A DNA stretch of 64,000 bases from Bacteroidota bacterium (GCA_021789975.1 JAJYIT010000001.1:12247-76246), one strand, 5' to 3'; numbered from the stretch's first letter, positions 27,321-36,412 are shown. Translations and numbers: made by a program. The notes: generated from the sequence alone by a model not told the origin.

Positions 27321-28424
27321 GTGAACCAGGCATGCCCGGTAATCCATGAATCTCCTGCCCTGCGGGATCCCGCATACCCCCGCAGAATAATTGAGCGGGA
27401 CAATAATCCATCCATCCGTTTTTGGAATACTCCATCAATCCATTGCTCCATTCTTCCGTTCCTAATTTTTTCCCTGGTGCTTGTTGTCTCCACCGCGTCC
27501 GCCCAACTCCTTCCCGTTCTCGGTTCCCAGCGGGTCGGCATAACCGCGGCGGATTTTCTGAAGATAGGCGTGGGCGGGCGCGCAAACGCAATGGCAGAAA
27601 GTTTCGCGGCAGTCGACAACGATGCCTACGCACTCTTTTATAACCCGGCCGGGATAACGCAGTTCGACGGAACCGAGGTGGCAATTTCACATTCGACGTG
27701 GTTTGTCGGCCTGCAGCACGATTTCATCGGCGGGGTTTACCATCTCGATGCGCAAAACAGCTTCGGGCTCTCGGTGATTTCCCTTCAATCGGAGGATATG
27801 CCAGTCACGACTGAATTCCAGCCGTACGGTACGGGAGCTTATTTCAAATATGGCGACCTTGCACTCGCTGCTACTTATGCAAGAAAGATGACCGACAAAT
27901 TTAGCTTCGGCGTAAGTGTGAAATTTATCGATGAGACACTTGCGCAGCTCAGCATGCGCGGAGTCCTGATAGACCTTGGGACATACTATTGGACCGGACT
28001 CGGGACGACCAGATTCGCGGTGTCGGTCAGCAATTTCGGTGGTCAGCTTACTCCATCCGGCTCGGTAAGCCTCGTCGATGGAACTACGGTATCAAGCTTC
28101 CAGAGTTTTTCACCCCCGACAATATTCAGAATCGGGTTTGCATTTGAACCGTACCAGGACAAATCCAATAAATTCACCACTTCTGTACAGTTGAACCACC
28201 CTGCGGACAATGCTGAGAATCTTGCGCTCGGAGCAGAATATTCGTACCATTCTACTTTCTATCTCAGGGGTGGCTACAAGATCAACGTGATCGAGCAAAG
28301 CTATTCGCTTGGAGCCGGTGTAAGAGTCGATGCAAGGTTTGCACTGGTCTATTTCGACTACGCCTTCACTCCCTACCAGCGGCTCGGAGACGTCCACAGG
28401 TTTTCACTAAACTTGAGATTTTGA
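27321..28424 (+). CDS. PorV/PorQ-like (FadL/UPF0164-like) outer-membrane beta-barrel protein; start codon uncertain
   Basis: ...ILPFLIFSLVLVVSTASAQ|LLPVLGSQRVGITAADFLKIGVGGRANAMAESFAAVDNDAYALFYNPAGI fits the PorV/PorQ N-terminal signature (G.ra.aMGgA..A..D..a...NPAg). The C-terminus is ...RFSLNLRF. There is no in-frame ATG near the signal peptide; GTG 27321 is the nearest conventional start. Confidence 0.65.
   Translation: MNQACPVIHESPALRDPAYPRRIIERDNNPSIRFWNTPSIHCSILPFLIFSLVLVVSTASAQLLPVLGSQRVGITAADFLKIGVGGRANAMAESFAAVDNDAYALFYNPAGITQFDGTEVAISHSTWFVGLQHDFIGGVYHLDAQNSFGLSVISLQSEDMPVTTEFQPYGTGAYFKYGDLALAATYARKMTDKFSFGVSVKFIDETLAQLSMRGVLIDLGTYYWTGLGTTRFAVSVSNFGGQLTPSGSVSLVDGTTVSSFQSFSPPTIFRIGFAFEPYQDKSNKFTTSVQLNHPADNAENLALGAEYSYHSTFYLRGGYKINVIEQSYSLGAGVRVDARFALVYFDYAFTPYQRLGDVHRFSLNLRF
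27425..27456 (+). repeat. Second 8-nt periodic tract (CATNNNTC-like, x4), carrying a 17-mer nearly identical to one at 22495-22511
   Basis: The units are gaatactc|catcaatc|cattgctc|cattcttc. actccatcaatccattg (27428-27444) matches actccatcattccattg (22495-22511) at 16 of 17 positions. Confidence 0.5.
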
Positions 28425-28560
28425 AGTGAACAAAGAGATGGAAATCAAGAAGGTAAGAAGATATGAAGATCAGAAGACGAGAAACGGAACTCTGGAAATC
28501 CCAATAACCTCCGAGCGTCCAATCTTCTTGCCTTCTCATCCTCTCATCTCCTCCTTTTCC

Positions 28561-29706
28561 GTGTTCGCCCTTCACCTCGCTGTCGCACTTCTTTTGTTGG
28601 CACCGGGCTGCAGTGAAAAGGCAAATGTAGTCGACATCTCGACCCTGCCGACAGCTACCGGCCAGGCGATCATGGACACGAGCTATATCCAGATACAGCC
28701 AGCGTGGCAGGGCTTCAGTAATCCCGAGAAGATAAAGATTGGGTACGACTACATATTGTACGTGACTGAGCCCGACAACAACAGGATCGTGATGGTCGAC
28801 CTTGCAGGCCGCAGACTCGGCTATTCTCAATATGTCAAGAGACCTGCCGCGGTGACCGAAGACAGGAAGTTCAATCTCATAATCCCGTGTGAGTATGATA
28901 CTACCGTAAGCGGCACTGTCGTTACAGTTGCCGCCATCGCGAAGATACGGTTGTTCAATTACGACCACAATATTGTTGCGGCGCCGGTTGAGATTGTGTA
29001 CCACGAAACTCCAAAGCAGCAAATCACTCGCGACGCCGCAGGTAACCTGATCACCGGAAGGGAGTTCACCGGCGTTGCTGTTTTACCTGACAACAGCTAT
29101 TACATTACTCGTTCCGGAAACAACAACTCAAGCCCGGTCGACCCCGATAATATGGTCCTTCATTTTGACAAGAACGACAGAATTTACTCGAGCGACTTCA
29201 TCGACCTTGTGCCGAGCCTCGTTCCAACCGGGACCGGTTTTGTAGCGATAAACAAGCTTAGCGGGATTACTACTTTCAACACAAGACAATACGGAACGGA
29301 TTTCATCCTCACCCAGACCGATCCTGCCAATGCGTTCAAGGTTAAATGGATTACATTCAATCCGGGCAGCGAGCTCTTTGCCCCGAGCTGGAGTTCTCAC
29401 TTCAGCCTCGACCCCACGAAATACGCGGGCGGGAAGATGCCGGATATACTCTCGGGCGTATTCGTCGACCCGGAGGCCGTCATGATTGACGAGCGCAGCA
29501 ACATCTTTGTAGTCGATGGTTCGCTGGACAGTCTGATGAAGTTCGACCTGACCGGTACTTTGTTGCGTGAATCATTTGGACCTTCAAAGTCAGGGAACGC
29601 TCTTCTGCATCCGACGGGTTTGACGTACAACAACAGGATCGTCTATATATGCGATTCAGGACATGATCGAATTATCAGGTATGAGCTGTCAACCGACCTT
29701 AAGTGA
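28561..29706 (+). CDS. NHL-repeat beta-propeller lipoprotein
   Basis: From GTG 28561 the N-terminus is (M)FALHLAVALLLLAPGC|SEK. NHL-like blades include IFVVDGSLDSLMKFDLTG and LLHPTGLTYNNRIVYICDSGHDRIIRYEL. The ORF-track start 28426 would add 45 residues before the signal peptide. Confidence 0.65.
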   Translation: MFALHLAVALLLLAPGCSEKANVVDISTLPTATGQAIMDTSYIQIQPAWQGFSNPEKIKIGYDYILYVTEPDNNRIVMVDLAGRRLGYSQYVKRPAAVTEDRKFNLIIPCEYDTTVSGTVVTVAAIAKIRLFNYDHNIVAAPVEIVYHETPKQQITRDAAGNLITGREFTGVAVLPDNSYYITRSGNNNSSPVDPDNMVLHFDKNDRIYSSDFIDLVPSLVPTGTGFVAINKLSGITTFNTRQYGTDFILTQTDPANAFKVKWITFNPGSELFAPSWSSHFSLDPTKYAGGKMPDILSGVFVDPEAVMIDERSNIFVVDGSLDSLMKFDLTGTLLRESFGPSKSGNALLHPTGLTYNNRIVYICDSGHDRIIRYELSTDLK

Positions 29707-29807
29707 TTCTGTTAACTGCGGCTTCCAGTTTCCTTAAGTTGCGTCTTTGCAGCACCATTCTTGTTCTCCATCTCTCACCTTTTTATATTGTCTGCACAAA
29801 ATTCCTT

Positions 29808-30470
29808 ATGATCAAGAGCCGTATCATACCACTCATCGGTATCGCATCGTTGGCTATTGCAATGGCAGGTTGTGTCGCTTCGTCGCCTCGGTTCGTTGAC
29901 AATAACAACGGAAGCGTGAGCAATAAGCCTCGCTTCTCATTTGACGAAACCCCCTCTGAACTCAAAGTCGAAAAAGAGGAAGAGGAAGTCGAGAACGATC
30001 ATCAGGTGAACATCTCGAAACTTAGGACCGAGATAGGCGAAATTGGAAACGCACCCGCTGCGGATTCCGCCGATTATTTCAAATCCGAGTTGATGCGGGT
30101 AATAGACTCATACCTCGGAACACCCTACAGGATCGGAGGGGACACCCATTCTGGAATGGACTGTTCCGGTTTCTCAATGGTTGTGTTCGATTCGGTTTTC
30201 AACATACCTCTGCCGCACAACGCCCGGGAACAATCCAGGCTCGGCGAGAGAGTCTCCAAAGATGATCTACGGGTTGGCGATCTGGTATTTTTCCGAACGG
30301 TAGGGAGGCGGATTAGTCATGTCGGGATTTATCTTGGCGACGGACTTTTCGCGAACGCGAGCGTTTCGGAAGGCGTGACGATATCATCTCTTGACAGCAC
30401 ATATTATAAACGAAGATACGCAGGTGCAAGAAAACTAGTTCCTATGGATATAACTAATGGCCTTCAATAG
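29808..30470 (+). CDS. NlpC/P60 (C40) family cell-wall peptidase lipoprotein
   Basis: Signal/lipobox is MIKSRIIPLIGIASLAIAMAGC. The catalytic Cys is in GGDTHSGMDCSGF and the His in ISHVGIYLG. Confidence 0.85.
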   Translation: MIKSRIIPLIGIASLAIAMAGCVASSPRFVDNNNGSVSNKPRFSFDETPSELKVEKEEEEVENDHQVNISKLRTEIGEIGNAPAADSADYFKSELMRVIDSYLGTPYRIGGDTHSGMDCSGFSMVVFDSVFNIPLPHNAREQSRLGERVSKDDLRVGDLVFFRTVGRRISHVGIYLGDGLFANASVSEGVTISSLDSTYYKRRYAGARKLVPMDITNGLQ

Positions 30471-31908
30471 CCTCAATGAATTCCTTGACTTCCTGAGGAG
30501 AAAAGGGGAGCTGAAAGTCATCGACGTCAAAGTCGATGCAAAGCTTGAAATCACCGAGATTGTGGACAGGACAGTGAAGTCGGCCGGTCCGGCACTTCTC
30601 TTCACGAATGTGAAAGGGAGCGAGATCCCGCTGGTGACGAATATTTTCGGGACGAAGCAGAGGATGTCGTGGGCGCTCGGCGTGCAAGATCTCGATGCGA
30701 TAGGGAAGAGACTCTCCGAGATGTTGAACCTCAAAGTACCTGAGTCGCTTCTTGGAAAGATGGCAATGATGCCGCGCCTAATGGAAATGGCGAAGTTTCC
30801 TCCGAAAGTTGTCAAGAAGGCATCTTGCCAGGATATTGTTATAAATGAGAAAGACGTCGACCTCTACAAGTTTCCAGTCACCACTTCATGGCCGCAGGAT
30901 GGAGGCCCATATATTTTGTTCGGCCAGGTGGTTACGAAGGATCCCGATACGGGGGTTCGCAACATGGGTCTCTACCGGCTGCAGGTCCTCGACAAGAATA
31001 CCACAGCCATGCACTGGCAGCGGCATAAGGGCGGCGCCATGCATTTCAAGAGGGCAAAAGAGAAGGGAATGGAAAGACTCGAAGTCGCAGTCGTCATCGG
31101 TTCAGATCCTGCGACGATGTACAGTACCAGTGCGCCGCTACCTGAAAGCATCGAGGAGTATTTGTTCGCCGGCTTCCTGCGTGAAGAAGCGGTCGAGCTT
31201 GTGAAATGTAAGACTGTTGATCTCGAAGTTCCGGCAGAATCCGAAATAGTCTTAGAGGGATATGTGGATACGGGCGAGGATTTGCGTCTCGAGGGGCCTT
31301 TCGGTGACCACACCGGGTTTTATTCTCTTGCCGATTATTATCCGGCGTTTCACGTTACGGCAGTAACGACCCGCAAGAACCCTGTCTTCGTTTCTACCGT
31401 CGTGGGCCAGCCGATTATGGAAGATGACTGGATGGGTTATGCAACAGAACGCATTTTCCTCCCGCTTGCAAAACTCGTTCTCCCGGAACTTGTTGACTAT
31501 CATATGCCTTTCGAAGGAATATTTCATAATCTGGTTTTTGCTTCTATCGACAAACAGTATCCCGGACATGCATTCAAGGTCATGAACGGCTTGTGGGGAC
31601 TTGGACAGATGATGTTTGCGAAGGTCATCGTCGTTGTCGACAAAGATGTGAACGTCCAGAACACTTCGGAAGCATGGTGGTACGCGCTCAATAATATCGA
31701 CCCTCAGCGAGATGTGGTGTTTTCCAAGGGTCCGCACGATGTGCTCGACCATTCCTCGCAGTATTTCAGCTTTGGGTCGAAGATGGGCATCGATGGAACG
31801 AGGAAGTGGCCGGACGAAGGCTTTACGCGCCCGTGGCCGGACAAGATAGAAATGTCTGATGAAATTAAGAAATTAGTTGATTCAAAATGGAAATCCTACG
31901 GTCTTTAA
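30457..31908 (+). CDS. UbiD-family (prenylated-FMN dependent) decarboxylase, likely in quinone biosynthesis
   Basis: Typical UbiD blocks are LNEFLDFLRRKGELKVIDVKVD, GPALLFTNVKGSEIPLVTNIFG, GGPYILFGQVVTKDPDTGVRNMGLYR and EGPFGDHTGFY. Confidence 0.85.
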   Translation: MAFNSLNEFLDFLRRKGELKVIDVKVDAKLEITEIVDRTVKSAGPALLFTNVKGSEIPLVTNIFGTKQRMSWALGVQDLDAIGKRLSEMLNLKVPESLLGKMAMMPRLMEMAKFPPKVVKKASCQDIVINEKDVDLYKFPVTTSWPQDGGPYILFGQVVTKDPDTGVRNMGLYRLQVLDKNTTAMHWQRHKGGAMHFKRAKEKGMERLEVAVVIGSDPATMYSTSAPLPESIEEYLFAGFLREEAVELVKCKTVDLEVPAESEIVLEGYVDTGEDLRLEGPFGDHTGFYSLADYYPAFHVTAVTTRKNPVFVSTVVGQPIMEDDWMGYATERIFLPLAKLVLPELVDYHMPFEGIFHNLVFASIDKQYPGHAFKVMNGLWGLGQMMFAKVIVVVDKDVNVQNTSEAWWYALNNIDPQRDVVFSKGPHDVLDHSSQYFSFGSKMGIDGTRKWPDEGFTRPWPDKIEMSDEIKKLVDSKWKSYGL

Positions 31909-31972
31909 GCGTGCAAGCTTTGAGTTGCAGGATGCATGGGAGGGAGTTGGGTTGATAGATTCAAAATTCAAA

Positions 31973-32434
31973 ATGGAAAATTCAAGAATTGACATTCTTT
32001 TGACAATTGCTTTGGCGATCATGTTGTCATCTTGTTCGAAGAAACCTGCTGAGTACTACAGAGAAGGTATGCAGGAATTCACTGCTGGGAAGTACGGTGT
32101 TGCGCAGGAGACTTTCGCAAAAGGAATCAAGCACGGGGGAAACGACAGTCTTTACGCGGGTTTCGTAGCGTCGAATCTTGTCACCGGAAAATACCCGCAG
32201 GTCAACGTGGCTTACAACGGACTGAGCGCAGGTATACGTCGACATTTGACGGATCTATACGGGCAGAGAACGCTTGGCATCATCGGTATTACTTCGGATA
32301 TAATCCCGTATAACACTTCCGGGAAAAACAGGATACCTTCGGATTTTCCGCAGACGATTGCTCTGCAAGCTGTCGCCGACTATCAGGAGTATCTTGCACT
32401 TAAGAAAGAGGTCGACAAAGATATCGGTAAATGA
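31973..32434 (+). CDS. Hypothetical lipoprotein (TPR-like helix pair)
   Basis: ATG 31973 gives MENSRIDILLTIALAIMLSSC|SKK. There is an ATGA stop/start overlap with the next gene. Confidence 0.55.
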   Translation: MENSRIDILLTIALAIMLSSCSKKPAEYYREGMQEFTAGKYGVAQETFAKGIKHGGNDSLYAGFVASNLVTGKYPQVNVAYNGLSAGIRRHLTDLYGQRTLGIIGITSDIIPYNTSGKNRIPSDFPQTIALQAVADYQEYLALKKEVDKDIGK

Positions 32435-32973
32435 AACCGATCGGCGCCTTGCTCATATTGATTACCGCCCCTTTCTTTTCTTCGTGTCAATTTGAAAAGA
32501 TCACTCTTCGGATGAATCCTGCCGTCAGTTGGTTTGTGGGTATCGCCGACGAAGTCTCCAGCTCGTTCTTGGGTTGTCCTACTTCGGTCGATAGCGAAGT
32601 CGATTTTGCGGTCGATTCGATCGGCTATTACAGGACGACAGATCTTGGCACCGGGATAACCAACTATGTTACAGAGGTTGCCGTATCCCGAAAGGGAGTT
32701 GAGCAAGCAGCGGTCTTGCGGCTCACACCTGACAATGGCCGGACAATTGATACAACCTGGAACGGAAAAGTCACACACGCGAGATTTGAATTCGAGTCTG
32801 AAGCACCGCCTGTCTCCGCGGAGATCGATCCGCGTGGGGGCTCGCACAGCGACATCAATTTGTTCAACAATAGCCTTGAGGTAAGCTCCTCTTCAGATCC
32901 GGTCCTCAAATGGACTCAGAGTATTCTCAGCCTGTACCAGCTCGCTTTGGCAACCGCAGGTGGAATCCTGTGA
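32431..32973 (+). CDS. Hypothetical lipoprotein
   Basis: The N-terminus is MKPIGALLILITAPFFSSC|QF. It is translationally coupled on both sides. Confidence 0.55.
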   Translation: MKPIGALLILITAPFFSSCQFEKITLRMNPAVSWFVGIADEVSSSFLGCPTSVDSEVDFAVDSIGYYRTTDLGTGITNYVTEVAVSRKGVEQAAVLRLTPDNGRTIDTTWNGKVTHARFEFESEAPPVSAEIDPRGGSHSDINLFNNSLEVSSSSDPVLKWTQSILSLYQLALATAGGIL

Positions 32974-33470
32974 ACATAGGAACCATCGGATCGGTTAGGT
33001 TGGGGATCGGCAAGTCTTTAAGAAATTGGAGATTGTTGTTGCTGTATTACGTCTTCAATCTCATCACGGCAATTACTCTTACGCTGCCGATCGTTCCGGT
33101 ATCGGAAAGAGATTTTTCGAGGAGTGTGGCTGGCCAGCGGATCATGTCAGGTGTTAGCTATGCGTGGTACGGTGAGTTCGTCCGCGTCAATCACAGCCTC
33201 TTCGACTCTATATTGCCGCAGATCCTGTTCGTGTCTGCGGTCTACGTCATACTGGAGGTGTTTTGGGGCGGCGGGTTCTATTCAGCTTTTACGAGAAGCG
33301 GACGGCAAGATGTCGGAGAGTTCCTTACTTCGGCGTGGAGAAATTTTCTGCCTCAGCTTACAGTGAGCACAGTTGATGCCGTGGTACTGTGTCTGATTTG
33401 TCTTGTTTCGATTCGCTTGCTGGACTTCCAGATTGGCCCTTCCAGTCTTGGCTGGCATGGGAATCTATAG
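32970..33470 (+). CDS. Polytopic membrane protein, N-terminal part; ends at an in-frame TAG and continues as 33492-33851
   Basis: GTG 32970 overlaps the upstream stop (gtga). TM segments include LLLLYYVFNLITAITLTLPIV and ILFVSAVYVILEVFWGGGFY. TAG 33468-33470 lies in the same frame as the next ORF. Confidence 0.5.
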   Translation: MNIGTIGSVRLGIGKSLRNWRLLLLYYVFNLITAITLTLPIVPVSERDFSRSVAGQRIMSGVSYAWYGEFVRVNHSLFDSILPQILFVSAVYVILEVFWGGGFYSAFTRSGRQDVGEFLTSAWRNFLPQLTVSTVDAVVLCLICLVSIRLLDFQIGPSSLGWHGNL

Positions 33471-33491
33471 TACCTGCTGTCAGCAGTTGTA

Positions 33492-33851
33492 GTGATTGGG
33501 ACTACAGAAATGGTATCCGACTTTGTGAGGGCATCAGTAGTCGTTGAGAATGGCGGATTGTGGAGCAAGATAAAACGCGGACTCCAGTTTGCTTTTGGCC
33601 ATCCGATTGCGACAGGCGGTGTGTATATTATCGGCTGTGTTATGAGTCTGATTTCCCTGGCTGTCTATCTGGTGCTTTTCTCCGCGGGAACGGCAACGAC
33701 GACTCCGGGAGTTTCGCTTGCAGTCTTGTTATTGCAGGTCATTATTTTGGTTAGGATTTTTTTCAAATTGGTCTCTTATGCAAGTGAGGCGACGCTTTAC
33801 AAAGAGAATCAGATAGAAGTTATAAATGTTAAACTGGAAATTTTGGAGTAG
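33492..33851 (+). CDS. Membrane protein, probable C-terminal part of the 32970 gene
   Basis: It is in the same reading frame as 32970-33470. The 21 nt between them encode YLLSAVV, which is hydrophobic. TM segments include GVYIIGCVMSLISLAVYLVLF and VLLLQVIILVRIFF. Confidence 0.5.
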   Translation: MIGTTEMVSDFVRASVVVENGGLWSKIKRGLQFAFGHPIATGGVYIIGCVMSLISLAVYLVLFSAGTATTTPGVSLAVLLLQVIILVRIFFKLVSYASEATLYKENQIEVINVKLEILE

Positions 33852-33857
33852 ATTGAA

Positions 33858-34418
33858 ATGATTATGCCCATTCATCTGTACGGAACACGGGTTTGGGAAA
33901 CGCCTGCAAGAAGAGTCACGAAGTTCGACGATAGGCTGGTGGGATTAATCCGTGATATGTTCGAGACCATGCACAACGCGGACGGGATAGGTCTGGCAGC
34001 GAATCAGGTCGGTCTCCCGATGTCCCTTGCGGTAATGGACATTTCAGTCATGGAGGACTACGAGTCGGAAAAACCGCTCGTCGTAATCAATCCGGAGATT
34101 CTTGAAAGCAGCGGTACCTACACGATGGAGGAAGGATGCTTGAGTGTTCCCGGTGTCAGAGACGAGGTCGTTCGCGCCGATTCGCTGAGAGTCCGTTTTG
34201 TCGACGGCAATTTTGACAAAGTGGAAAAGGAATTAACCGGCATGTGGGCGCGAGTTTTCCAGCATGAATACGACCATCTCCAGCAGAAGTTTTTCGTCAA
34301 CCGCCTTGCTGCAGTCAAGAGGCAAATGTTGAAACCCAAACTCGCTAAGATCAAGAGAAACGAAATCAAGACTCGCTATCCCGTCCTGTCGGCCTCCGAT
34401 GAAAAAGCAGGGAGCTGA
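33858..34418 (+). CDS. def: Peptide deformylase
   Basis: All three PDF motifs are present: GIGLAANQVG, EGCLSVPG and QHEYDHL. Confidence 0.95.
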   Translation: MIMPIHLYGTRVWETPARRVTKFDDRLVGLIRDMFETMHNADGIGLAANQVGLPMSLAVMDISVMEDYESEKPLVVINPEILESSGTYTMEEGCLSVPGVRDEVVRADSLRVRFVDGNFDKVEKELTGMWARVFQHEYDHLQQKFFVNRLAAVKRQMLKPKLAKIKRNEIKTRYPVLSASDEKAGS

Positions 34419-34532
34419 TGCCGTCATGGTTACTGCATCCTCAGTCACCAAGAGAACATTGCGACGTCGGTGATGCCCCGTCTTGCTGCGGTTTCCCTTT
34501 CGAGGCTGCGGTAATTCAAATCTTACCCCAAA

Positions 34533-35246
34533 TCAATTAATAAGTCCGCTCTGTTTTTCGGTGAGGGCCTTCAGGACCTCGTCGGCGTACATGTCTTCCG
34601 GAAGCGCACCTTCAAAATGATGGGCCTCGTTAATCACTACTCTCGGTACACCGCGGACATTGTACTTTATCGATAGATGAGGAAATTCCGTCGCCTCCAC
34701 CATGTCGGCTTTAATGTTATCGTTAAGGAATGCAAATTGGTGGCCCGTATAGACGGCACGTGGGCAGTACGGGCAGGTGGGAGTGACAAAAACCTGGATG
34801 TGGACCGGTTCACTTATCAGCTTGATCTTCTCGGCCACCTCATCGCTGAGTTCGTGTTTAGATGTCGATACCAATTCTATGGATTCTAGAAGTGATGCGA
34901 ACTCATAACCTGACGGAATGCCGTAGTACCTGATCCCGTAATCCTTGCCGACTGTCTGAATAAGTCCGCCCCTTGAGCCGGTTGAACCCTCTGCCGTATC
35001 CGCGGCAATCACTGTGGCCGGGATCTTGTCGATGTGGTAGAGGTCGACCATTGCCTTGTCGCTGACGAAGTTATAAACTTCCATGTTGAGCTTATCCGAT
35101 AACGCGGTCAGTTCTTCAAGAATCTGCCTCGTCTCTTTGCAGTATTGACATTCTAACGTCTGGGTAAAATTTATGATCTTTACCGGATTTGCGAGGTTCG
35201 CAAACCTCAGCTTGATTTCTTTCTGTGCTTGCTGATCAAGGAACAT
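34533..35246 (-). CDS. Protein-disulfide oxidoreductase with two thioredoxin-fold units (glutaredoxin-like, PDO type)
   Basis: There are two CxxC sites, CQYC in the N-terminal unit and CPYC in the C-terminal unit. The length and layout match archaeal/thermophile-type PDO proteins. Confidence 0.7.
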   Translation of the reverse strand: MFLDQQAQKEIKLRFANLANPVKIINFTQTLECQYCKETRQILEELTALSDKLNMEVYNFVSDKAMVDLYHIDKIPATVIAADTAEGSTGSRGGLIQTVGKDYGIRYYGIPSGYEFASLLESIELVSTSKHELSDEVAEKIKLISEPVHIQVFVTPTCPYCPRAVYTGHQFAFLNDNIKADMVEATEFPHLSIKYNVRGVPRVVINEAHHFEGALPEDMYADEVLKALTEKQSGLIN

Positions 35247-35527
35247 GCTTTCCTCCTGCCTCGGCGCGGCCGAGACCTGATTCGATTAATCTCAAAACGC
35301 CGATTTCCAAACCCGATAGTAAGCAGCTCCGGGATTCTTCCGAAAATTCTCATTTCAGGATGTTGAAGATTGTCGGACTCAACCAGTCTTCCTGATACAC
35401 GGCATCATGGAAGACGTCAACCTCGAGTTTGGTATTCGCCCGCCGATCTCTTCGAACTTGCCACCACGCCGGATCTCAAAGCAGGCAAGTCGACGTAGTA
35501 TAGCTAAAGCCCGGGGGCTTGCGACAA

Positions 35528-35725
35528 TTATGCCGTCTTTTCTTTCTTTGCAGTAGATACTTTTAGTACGGAATACAGCGGACAGAAGTTCAAGAGCGCG
35601 GTCATCAGCGGCACGAGACCGATCCACCCCCACGCTGTCTTAGGTCCCCAGAGGGTAAGGCTGATCAGAAATAGGCCGACCACTATCCTGATCCATTTGT
35701 CTGCACTACCAACGTTCTTATTCAT
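35528..35725 (-). CDS. DUF2892 (YgaP C-terminal-like) small membrane protein
   Basis: MNKNVGSADKWIRIVVGLFLISL...GWIGLVPLMTALLNFCPLYSVL matches the DUF2892 pattern (N.g..DR..R...G......G..Pl.tgl.g.CP.Y..lg). Confidence 0.7.
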   Translation of the reverse strand: MNKNVGSADKWIRIVVGLFLISLTLWGPKTAWGWIGLVPLMTALLNFCPLYSVLKVSTAKKEKTA

Positions 35726-36127
35726 CGTGTTCTCCTTGCAATTAAGTTGTCAGTTAGTTTGATGTTGACAACATTGGAAAGATTCACAATGTGTCCGGGA
35801 TTGGGTTTAGATCACATAACAATGTAAGTCTAACCAGAATCCGGGCAAAAATCAAATTTCCTTACGTCGTGGTAATGGGTCATCTCGAAAAAGAGACTAC
35901 GTCCGGGTCACGCGCCTTTGTGTTGAAGCAATCCTGTCTAACGCCTGAATACCCTTGTCTGCCGGTAGGCACTTGGTAAGAAGGTCGGTACGCTGGCACA
36001 GGAAAATGCCCGATGATCCCGCATCGAACTTCTGATAAGATAGGTATAACCGGTCGTCTCATCTCTTATGAAGTATGTGTGCAACAGATTGAAGAAAGCT
36101 TATTCGGTGGACGGTCTGAGCTGTTGC

Positions 36128-36412
36128 TTAGCGCGGGTGTTTCTTGCGGAGCGATTGCAGTGAAGGAAGCTTTATTTCGAGAGGACCTTCCAACTCCAGT
36201 TTCGTCAGGATCTCTTCAACGTGAGATCCCTTCAGCTTGACGTCGTAGTTTCTGTAAAGGAAGATTGTCTTTTTCAGTGAGTCGTAATAGGCCGCGCAGT
36301 CGGGACATTTCGCCAGGTGCTCCCTGAGCTTTTTGCAGGTGGGTGAAGCGATGTCGCGGTCCACTTTCTCACAAATCTCCAGGAGATATTTCGTATGGTC
36401 AACCAACTTCAT
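36128..36412 (-). CDS. Cytoplasmic zinc-binding (ZAS, RsrA-like) anti-sigma factor
   Basis: The H-x3-C-x2-C motif is present (REHLAKCPDCAAYY), with an upstream Cys (ASPTCKKL). It has no TM segment and a 4-nt overlap with the ECF sigma gene. Confidence 0.7.
   Translation of the reverse strand: MKLVDHTKYLLEICEKVDRDIASPTCKKLREHLAKCPDCAAYYDSLKKTIFLYRNYDVKLKGSHVEEILTKLELEGPLEIKLPSLQSLRKKHPR

Noticed and set aside
33468-33470. The in-frame TAG/TGA codons (33468, 61424, 61472) might signal stop-codon reassignment.
   Set aside because: TGA terminates def, folD and polA. TAA terminates both AKRs and the giant T9SS gene. TAG terminates 33492-33851 and the T9SS CTD at 1168. All three stops are therefore used conventionally, and pseudogenes or errors are the simpler explanation.
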